51,324 nucleotides of DNA, taken from assembly GCA_045105515.1 (NCBI GenBank), contig JBGCDR010000176.1, forward strand, positions 1-51,324, given 5' to 3'. Position numbers and translations under genes: made by a program. The DNA is from Oligoflexales bacterium. GTDB taxonomy: Bacteria > Bdellovibrionota_B > Oligoflexia > Oligoflexales > Bog-1112. The notes under the pieces are model-generated. The model was not told where the DNA came from and did no database searches. It was given only the letters and a program-made list of their open reading frames with translations. Shown here piece after piece: positions 44,228-51,324 of the stretch (its first letter is position 1; the number at the start of each line of letters is the position of its first letter).

Positions 44228-46183
44228 TTATCTTGATTCTTCGATGGTTTTCCTGATTTGCAGATAGTATTCGCTATTTTTGGTTTCCAGATCTTGGAGC
44301 TTCTCTTCTAACTCTATTTTATTAGTCCCTGCGTCTATTAAGGCTTCTTCTACACTCTTAGCCTTCGTTAACGCCAAGTTATATGTACTTGCATTAAAAG
44401 CTGCTCCTCCTCCAAGTACGAAATAAAAAAAGATCGAAGCGTTGCCTTTCCATCGTCCACCTGTTTTAGGAGCGTCAGGACCGCTTAAGGGCTTACCCTT
44501 GTAATTTGGATCCAAATCAATCCCTCTATTTTTAAACTCTGCTTCGTTAAACCTTGGGTTAGCCTTATAGTCGTCTCCAAATACTGGTTTAAGATCCGTA
44601 TCGTTTATAATTTGTTTATCGAGTCTGGTGATTTTATCTGCCTTTATTTTCTCATCAAGAGTATTATCTGTTAGTATTTGTTTTTTTCTTGCCCTAACAG
44701 TATCATTGTAAGCGTCAACTTTTACCTTTAGTTGATCCGGTGAAGCGTTATTCAAACCTTTAAGTGCTTCATCGTAATCTGTTAAAATCTTGCTATTCTT
44801 TCTTTGTACTCTTTTTTCTCCCCATAAACCAAGTCTGTTGGTAATAGCTGCACCTGCTGTGGTAAACGCTATCACAGATACTGCAATGGACACGAACATG
44901 CCAGTTTTTTTACTCCCTTCTGGGTCATCAATCTGGGCTTCAACTGGATTAGGGCCCTCGCTGCTATCTGCACTATCATCTGAAGCATCAGAGTCATCAT
45001 TGCTAGAAGTATCAGTACCCTCCGTCTCATCACCCTCTTCTTCAGTGGTGGACGATGAACTTGTATCGCCTTGATCAATTTCTTCGTTATCACCACCTGT
45101 TCCGGTGTCAACCGGCTCTTGTTCAAAGAAGCCATCTCCAAAAATACTATTATCAGAAGGTGGTGTATAGGAGGAGTCTGAGCCGTCAGGGTCTCCATCG
45201 ACAGAGCCATTTTCATCCACACAATCAGCTGCGGAAAGCAGTTGGTCAGTGTTGGTAAGCGCCAAAGAAGCACTTTGCCGCTCCGTGGCTTCGATATCTT
45301 TCATAAATTCGAGATTCTGTGGAGTATTAATCTCTAATTCTGCAACCATACGACCAATTCCATGAATGTCCTTATAGACTTTGAGAGCAGATGAGATGCT
45401 ATCATTACCACCACTTAATGTACCTGCAAAATAGTCATCTGCTATTTTTTTGAGATCCTCAGCCACGGTAATATTGCCTTCATACTGGGCTCTCTCTAGC
45501 TCACAGAAACCTTCCATAATTTTCTCTTGATCATCCGGATCGATCAACTTTTGGTAATTTGGAGAGAAGAAATCATAATACAAATACCTTGTATGCGTTT
45601 GATCTTCTCCATCAAAGCAAACATAACCATGGCCATGTTTACTTGCCTCGCTAGTGTCTAGATTATCTTTATGGACACAAGGAAAAAAGTTAACCTTTAC
45701 CTTTTTACCTATCAAACCTTTCATACATCCAAGACGAAGAGCTCCTGAAAATGGCCTATAATAGCCCTGATAAAGCTCGTCATTTGGTGGATAAGAAATA
45801 CTGCCTTCAAGGTCAGTAACCTGAACAAAAACCGTCTCTACGTTACTATTTAACATATTGGCAGTGGGAACAATTGATATTCTAGGAATGGAAAACATGC
45901 CCTCATAATTAGTGCTTTTAATCTCAATAGCTTCTCCTTCCACTTTACCAACAGTCTTTGAATCTATACCTATCGGGTTCAGAAAAAAAGATGAGTCATC
46001 ACCAAATGGAGAGTCAGTGCTTGGATTTGTGGCTTCGTTTCCTGATGTCCCTAGGATACTGCATGCATCAGCTAGCCCCCCAGTTTTATGGGCTTTTCTG
46101 CTAACCTTCCGGTTGCAACTAGTCAAACCAGCTAGAATCCCAGTAATAAGGAATAATTGCAGAAAGTATTTATATTGGTACAT
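44228..46183 (-). CDS. Large orphan lipoprotein with an acidic low-complexity linker and two C-terminal hydrophobic segments
   Basis: Lipobox LTS-C; Cys-containing N-domain; D/E/S/T-rich linker; hydrophobic stretches GMFVSIAVSVIAFTTAGAAI and ASIFFYFVLGGGAAF. Confidence 0.75.
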   Translation of the reverse strand: MYQYKYFLQLFLITGILAGLTSCNRKVSRKAHKTGGLADACSILGTSGNEATNPSTDSPFGDDSSFFLNPIGIDSKTVGKVEGEAIEIKSTNYEGMFSIPRISIVPTANMLNSNVETVFVQVTDLEGSISYPPNDELYQGYYRPFSGALRLGCMKGLIGKKVKVNFFPCVHKDNLDTSEASKHGHGYVCFDGEDQTHTRYLYYDFFSPNYQKLIDPDDQEKIMEGFCELERAQYEGNITVAEDLKKIADDYFAGTLSGGNDSISSALKVYKDIHGIGRMVAELEINTPQNLEFMKDIEATERQSASLALTNTDQLLSAADCVDENGSVDGDPDGSDSSYTPPSDNSIFGDGFFEQEPVDTGTGGDNEEIDQGDTSSSSTTEEEGDETEGTDTSSNDDSDASDDSADSSEGPNPVEAQIDDPEGSKKTGMFVSIAVSVIAFTTAGAAITNRLGLWGEKRVQRKNSKILTDYDEALKGLNNASPDQLKVKVDAYNDTVRARKKQILTDNTLDEKIKADKITRLDKQIINDTDLKPVFGDDYKANPRFNEAEFKNRGIDLDPNYKGKPLSGPDAPKTGGRWKGNASIFFYFVLGGGAAFNASTYNLALTKAKSVEEALIDAGTNKIELEEKLQDLETKNSEYYLQIRKTIEESR

Positions 46184-46248
46184 AATCAACCTGCTTTAGT
46201 TAAAGCCATAGGATATTGCTACCCGCTTTGGGTGGTCTATGACCGCCC

Positions 46249-46276
46249 TTATCGGAAATTAGTACCAATTCCTATA
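46249..46276 (-). promoter_or_regulatory. Sigma28 (FliA)-like promoter of the large lipoprotein gene
   Basis: TATA-N16-TCCGATAA on the minus strand, about 65 nt before ATG 46183. Confidence 0.45.
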
Positions 46277-46719
46277 ATTATTTTAGAAAAGTTCGATGAG
46301 TATATTTTTTAAAAAATAAATTTAGCATGTTAGGTTCATCATTTAGTAAACGCTTCGCATAAGCTGATTGCTGACGGACTTAGTGCAGGTAATATCAAGC
46401 CTTGCGATAATAGATTTCACCTACCTATTCATTTTAGACCAGGCATTAATATGCCGTACGCTCATCAATATAAACTCTTTAGGTACTAAAAAGTACAATT
46501 TACAAAGCCCCAAGATTGAGAGAACCGATATGATCGTGTAAGATTAGATAATGATAATGAAATCTTACTAAGATTGGCTGTGCGGATGGGTGCGCTCACG
46601 ATGTACCTGTGATTGCCAAGATCCTATTCGAAGTATGATCCAGTCTAAGTGACTACCCCTAAGAGGGTAAAATGTGTAAAATAGTCAGTAGAATACACAA
46701 TCTGGGAGCATGAAGCATA

Positions 46720-47022
46720 ATGGTTAAGTCTGAGCTAATCGAAAGGGTTGCTGAAAGAGCTGGTATCACTTTATTCAAGGCTGAAGAATTAATTGATCTA
46801 TTCTTTGGCAGTGTTACTAATGCGCTTTGCCAGGGAGGAAGAGTAGAAATCCGTGGTTTTGGTGCTTTTTCTGTAAAAGAATATAAAAGCTATGTTGGTA
46901 GAAATCCTAAAACCGGAGAAGAGGTGCAAGTTACTCCAAAAAGATTGCCAGTATGGAGAACAGGGACCGAGCTTAGGCAAAGAGTTGACTCAGCCTTTGC
47001 CGACTCAGAAGGCGGGTCTTAA
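46720..47022 (+). CDS. ihfB: Integration host factor beta / HU family DNA-binding protein
   Basis: MVKSELIE, RVEIRGFGAF and GRNPKTGE motifs. Confidence 0.85.
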   Translation: MVKSELIERVAERAGITLFKAEELIDLFFGSVTNALCQGGRVEIRGFGAFSVKEYKSYVGRNPKTGEEVQVTPKRLPVWRTGTELRQRVDSAFADSEGGS

Positions 47023-47152
47023 AACTTCCGTTTTAAAAAAATTTGTGACTACCATAGTTTGAAAAAGTTTGCCGCCTATTCTTTAGTATTTTGCTACCAG
47101 TAGGCTACGGATTATCTACTAACGAACACTTTTATTATTATTATGACTGCGT

Positions 47153-47884
47153 ATGATCATCAACATTCCGCGGCCATTGGAAAATCTTGCTTGGGTTTTT
47201 ATTCTAAGCATCAGCCTCAGCTCTTGCGTTAGCATCAGCGAATTCTTTTATGGTCGTATTTGCCCAGACGACATGGAACATGTTCAAAACCTCGCTTCAA
47301 AAGTAAATATCTGTGTTGACCGCTACGAATACACCATTTCCAATGCATCCGAGTTAGAAAATAGCAAACCTATTGCGGGGGTAAATTATTATGAGTGTAA
47401 GCGTCTCTGCGCTAAGAAAGGGCGTAGAATGCTTAAGCACCATGAGTGGCTTATTGCTTGCAAAGGAACAGATGCAAACAACTGTAATAAACACCGGGCA
47501 CACCCTGTACTCAGGCGTTTAGCATCAAACCAGCCTTGGAAATTTGGCAGAGCAAACTGCAAAAACAGACGTTACACTTGGGGAAGTTGCTTACAAGATA
47601 AAAGTTTGAATAGTATGCCTAAGAGCTTAGCAAGAAATGGTGAGTTCGAGGACTGTATCTCGAATTCTGGCTTGCGGCATATGATTGGCAACCTTGGTGA
47701 GTGGGTCGAAGATTTGCGCAAACGCAGAGGAAAAATTTATGGACGATTCAATGGAGGCCTCTACCCGCAAAAAAAATCAAGTTGCAGCTACACCACAATA
47801 GCCCATGGCCCAGGCTACAAGGACTACTCTATTGGGTGTCGATGTGCATCCTCAGTCATCAATACCGACAATCTGGATCAATAG
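47153..47884 (+). CDS. Cys-rich lipoprotein with an FGE-sulfatase (SUMF1, C-type lectin-like) domain
   Basis: Lipobox LSS-C; CPDDM, CVDRYE, C...GRRML...EW..AC, HMIGNLGEW and IGCRC motifs. Confidence 0.8.
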   Translation: MIINIPRPLENLAWVFILSISLSSCVSISEFFYGRICPDDMEHVQNLASKVNICVDRYEYTISNASELENSKPIAGVNYYECKRLCAKKGRRMLKHHEWLIACKGTDANNCNKHRAHPVLRRLASNQPWKFGRANCKNRRYTWGSCLQDKSLNSMPKSLARNGEFEDCISNSGLRHMIGNLGEWVEDLRKRRGKIYGRFNGGLYPQKKSSCSYTTIAHGPGYKDYSIGCRCASSVINTDNLDQ

Positions 47885-48168
47885 AACCCAATCACAGGAA
47901 CATCTGCTCCGCGACTGCATTTTTAGTCCGGGCTGCAAGTACTGACCATTCAAACTTTCCAACGAAATCTTGATATCTTATAACACAAAATGAACTTAAA
48001 ATAAAATCCCGTCAAATTGACTCACCTTATCACTATGCCAATTTCTAATCGGACTTGAATGGGATAAATTGTATATAAAATAGTCATATGTGTTCGATGA
48101 AGGCTTCTCTAGTTTTTCCCTTTCAAAGATAAGACATTAAAATCATTAAATTTTTATACCAATTAATC

Positions 48169-48185
48169 TTGGCTCATATTTTGCT
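48169..48185 (+). promoter_or_regulatory. Sigma54 (-24/-12) promoter
   Basis: TTGGCTC-ATAT-TTTGCT; one mismatch to TGGCAC-N5-TTGCW with exact GG-N10-GC spacing. Confidence 0.6.
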
Positions 48186-48307
48186 TATTGAGTTTCAGAA
48201 AATATAATAATGAGAAGCGTAGATACTGGCTGCAGATTAGAGGACCACGATACTGCCACTCTGCTCATCTCGAATTTGAAAATAACCTTTCATAGTGGAG
48301 TGTGGTT

Positions 48308-48682
48308 ATGGATCGATTCTTGATCGTTTCTATATTTTTGTCTTTCTATGCGTTCATACAAGCTAGCCCGGCATTGGCGAATGAGCATAACCTGGTTATA
48401 TCTCATAGCTTTCTTATTAGTAAATGTTGGGGACAAACAAGAACAAAACAGACTTGCAGGGTGCCAGGAAAATTAGGCAAAATAAATGATACTGTAAGCA
48501 TATACGAAGGAACCAATTGGGTTGCCGCTGGTGTAATAAAAAAACGTAAAGGTTCTCAAACCACAATTATAGTAGAAGAAAGGTTCAAGACCGTACGGCC
48601 TGGATTCCTAATCATCAATAATTCTGGCGACAATTCAGACCTGAACCCTAAATACATGTTTTCAAAGTCGGATTCATATTAG
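48308..48682 (+). CDS. Small secreted beta-rich hypothetical protein
   Basis: GGAG RBS, signal peptide (ALA-N) and a Cys pair. Confidence 0.65.
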   Translation: MDRFLIVSIFLSFYAFIQASPALANEHNLVISHSFLISKCWGQTRTKQTCRVPGKLGKINDTVSIYEGTNWVAAGVIKKRKGSQTTIIVEERFKTVRPGFLIINNSGDNSDLNPKYMFSKSDSY

Positions 48683-48819
48683 ATTTTCTCCTATAAAATT
48701 CTTCAAACACTTCTTAACTACCTGATTTCATGTAATTATCTAATACCATCTACATCAAAATTTATGATTTCCACTTAGCTTCCGAATCCTTGAAGTAAGG
48801 GAAGTGGAGGATTTATTTC

Positions 48820-49755
48820 TTGATAGTCAAGAAGTCGGCAATACAAAGCATCGTAATAACAAAAGATCGGGAGTTCAAACACCGATCTATCACCTTTTTG
48901 AATAATATTGCTTTCAATGCAGAAAAAATTTCTGTTGATAATGTTGCAGAAGCACTAGCACATGTCGAACAAAACCCCAAAATACTAAACCTTGTGATTG
49001 ATGGTAAAGAATTTTACAGTCTACTTGATACTTACTCTGAAGAACTTAAAAAGCTTTGCGGAAAATCAGAACTTATTGCTCTTATGTTTGTAGAAAAAGC
49101 TGTTCCCGAAGAAACCATCGCTGGTCTTGAACTTAGTAACCTCTACGTAAAAAAGCTTCCATTTGAAAAGGGGCACTTCAATGAGGCTTTTCATAATAGA
49201 GGTGGAAAAGGTGGCGCTTCTGGAGTTTTTCCGGGCCTCCAAGAGGTTACAAAACCAGGAGCAAACCAATCTGGACCAGGTTCGACAAATGCTACTGGTC
49301 CCAAAAAAAATATTACCGCATTTGAAGCCACAGCCCACGTCCGTGATACTATCGCAATGCTCACCATTATAGATAAAAACCGAGGTGCATTAGAGCAACT
49401 AAATAAGATAGGACAAATATTCAATGGATTGGTTGGTGCTTTTGCGTACTTTGAAAAGAAGGGTGGGTTTCAAGAGCTAAAACATCTAGCTATCATTGTC
49501 GACGAAATTAGTCGCTACAGCGACAAAAATGATAAAGATAATATTTCTGACGACCACTATGATCTATTATACAATTCTGTGAGAACATCTTTCCTTATTT
49601 TACAAGCCCTGCGAGATAACCAGACTCCTAAAGCTGAGCTCCTCGAAAAAGCGAAACAGCTCAATGAAGTTTATATGAAAACAGATGAACTAGAAAAAAG
49701 AGATAAGATAGATCAAGGCGAAATTGACAAGCTTCTCGAAGGTAATGACTCCTAA
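48820..49755 (+). CDS. Degenerate receiver-like domain plus His-less Hpt-like helical domain with a CheZ/FliM-like C-terminal peptide
   Basis: GGAGG RBS with TTG start. N-terminal LVID..KLPF receiver pattern. IFNGLVGAFAYF...LKHLAIIVDEI aligns to Hpt AHxLKG...L..LA..LE with Asn for His. C-terminus IDQGEIDKLL. Confidence 0.55.
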   Translation: MIVKKSAIQSIVITKDREFKHRSITFLNNIAFNAEKISVDNVAEALAHVEQNPKILNLVIDGKEFYSLLDTYSEELKKLCGKSELIALMFVEKAVPEETIAGLELSNLYVKKLPFEKGHFNEAFHNRGGKGGASGVFPGLQEVTKPGANQSGPGSTNATGPKKNITAFEATAHVRDTIAMLTIIDKNRGALEQLNKIGQIFNGLVGAFAYFEKKGGFQELKHLAIIVDEISRYSDKNDKDNISDDHYDLLYNSVRTSFLILQALRDNQTPKAELLEKAKQLNEVYMKTDELEKRDKIDQGEIDKLLEGNDS

Positions 49756-49982
49756 TCTTTATCTTTAATCATCTGACCATTTCCATCGAATTAATAATAA
49801 TTTATTCCTCGAGTATTAATCACTAAATTTATTAGATTTATTTCTTCTGTCAAATTCTCATGGTTTAATCTACCCAAGAACCTTGATCTCATAGAATATA
49901 GGTTTTATAACTTCAAATTAAGGAGTTAATCGTTTAAACTACGAAATAATCAATTAATATTTACATATTTTGCAAAAATATC

Positions 49983-50009
49983 TAAAGTTCATTGGCGAAT
50001 TTCCGATAA
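49983..50009 (+). promoter_or_regulatory. Sigma28 (FliA)-like promoter
   Basis: TAAA-N15-TCCGATAA, one mismatch to the canonical TAAA-N15-GCCGATAA. Confidence 0.6.
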
Positions 50010-50060
50010 GTCATGTGCTTACAAATATATCGGTTCAGCTCCCCCTTGAAAGGACAATTG

Positions 50061-51209
50061 ATGGAAGAAATGGTTAAAATGAATTGGGAACGGGTTATCT
50101 CATATGCTGATGCTTACCAACTATTTTCGCAAGGAAACCTTCCAATCGACAAAGAAGTCATTAAGGCATTCAAAACCTTAGAAAATGACAACAAAGAACC
50201 TTTTTATCAATTCTATGTAGATGCAATTTTACAAAAAGAAAAAGAAAATACTTGGAAAAGCTACGTAATGGAAAGCTGCTTACAAATGGCTCATTACCGA
50301 TTAGATGAAAAACAAGTGATAAAACTTATAGAGCTATTTTGGAAAAAAGATGACCCATTAATGGTATGTCAATTATTCACAGAAAGCATGATAGCTTGGG
50401 AAAAAAATCTAGAAATAAAAGAAGAGCATGTTTTATTTCCTTTTGCTGTTACATTAACATGCGAATTTGGAATTTATTTTGCAACCGAAATGCATAAACG
50501 AAAATACAACGACAAAGATATCCAAAAAATCTTAGCTCCTATTGCCTCTTATTTAATTTCACTAGCCAACATCAATGATTCCGGTGTCCGATTAGCTCTA
50601 CTTAGATACTTTGCAATCTTAGCAAGCGTTCAATCTGATAGGACTGATTTTATCCGAATTATGAACCGATTTGGACATTCGGTATTATTAAACCTCTTAA
50701 ACAGGCTTTCAGATAAAAAAGTTGCGGCATATGCAACATCATACCTACTTGAAAATTTCCATCTATTTTTCGTACTTGATGAAAAAAATCAGCTAATAGT
50801 ACATGAGTCCTTAAAAAACTACATGCTTAAAGAACCCGAAATATTAACTTCTCTATTAAAAAAGTTAGCTAAGCAACTTAAGAGAACTAAAAAAGATCAA
50901 CCTAGCAGGTATGTAAAAATATTTGAATCCCATTTAGGAGCCTTGCTAAGCGTTGCCGCAGAACTTAGTCGTAAGTCACTTGCATGGGGCCTTTTAGCAG
51001 TAATAGAAGAATTTTCTAGCTTAAAAGTCCGAAATGAATATATAAAAGCTGTTATCAATAAAAAGTTAGGCAGTGCCCAATTTCACTCTTTTCTTAGGGA
51101 ATTATCGAAATCTAGCTGTAGAACTAAAGCCGGTCAGAAACTTCTTTTTGATTCATGTAAATCAAAAAAAACAGCTATCATCAATCTAATAGAGTTGTCT
51201 AACAATTGA
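50061..51209 (+). CDS. All-alpha-helical hypothetical protein (possibly ARM/HEAT-like)
   Basis: Long Leu/Lys/Glu-rich ORF; AAAGGA RBS before TTG-ATG at 50058/50061; no signal peptide. Confidence 0.7.
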   Translation: MEEMVKMNWERVISYADAYQLFSQGNLPIDKEVIKAFKTLENDNKEPFYQFYVDAILQKEKENTWKSYVMESCLQMAHYRLDEKQVIKLIELFWKKDDPLMVCQLFTESMIAWEKNLEIKEEHVLFPFAVTLTCEFGIYFATEMHKRKYNDKDIQKILAPIASYLISLANINDSGVRLALLRYFAILASVQSDRTDFIRIMNRFGHSVLLNLLNRLSDKKVAAYATSYLLENFHLFFVLDEKNQLIVHESLKNYMLKEPEILTSLLKKLAKQLKRTKKDQPSRYVKIFESHLGALLSVAAELSRKSLAWGLLAVIEEFSSLKVRNEYIKAVINKKLGSAQFHSFLRELSKSSCRTKAGQKLLFDSCKSKKTAIINLIELSNN

Positions 51210-51324
51210 TAAAACCCTTTGGTAGCTTAATTTATGTTATTTTATAGTTCCAAAGACCTGCTGCTGCGTAACCTATTTCATCACGAAGCTTATCAATTCT
51301 GACTCTTAACTTTGAAGAAGCTGC

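Noticed and set aside
47700..47884. Diversity-generating retroelement variable region in the FGE-domain gene
   Set aside because: No template repeat or reverse transcriptase is visible in the window.
770..49424. Numerous 60-175 aa antisense or alternate-frame ORFs inside or overlapping assigned genes
   Set aside because: They are shadow ORFs of well-supported genes with no independent evidence.

Overview
51 kb of AT-rich bacterial chromosome carrying about 43 intact genes. Gene content suggests Bdellovibrionota/Oligoflexia or a related deltaproteobacteria-like lineage (inference from tmk-holB-ricT, ccsA-hemA-hemC-hemD, a PEGA-type Ser/Thr kinase, class II DAHP synthase and a plant/Amycolatopsis-type Pfk). 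Housekeeping and scavenging genes (map, M18 aminopeptidase, pepN, rlmN, nth, ihfB, fetAB, NSS/MFS/MATE transporters) are interspersed with orphan secreted proteins, lipoproteins and atypical chemotaxis-like signalling proteins. I saw no rRNA, tRNA, CRISPR array, transposase, integrase or reverse transcriptase. The most notable unexplained element is a ~215-nt, GC-enriched, multi-stem candidate structured RNA (29343-29553). It lies behind a sigma70-like promoter and ahead of an outer-membrane-barrel plus lipoprotein-hydrolase gene pair. Other leads: several sigma28(FliA)-like and sigma54 promoters in front of orphan genes, a His-less Hpt-like protein ending in a CheZ/FliM-like peptide, a receiver-like-CheX fusion, and a RicT with a ~190-aa disordered tail. 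All calls come from visual motif recognition; no searches were run.
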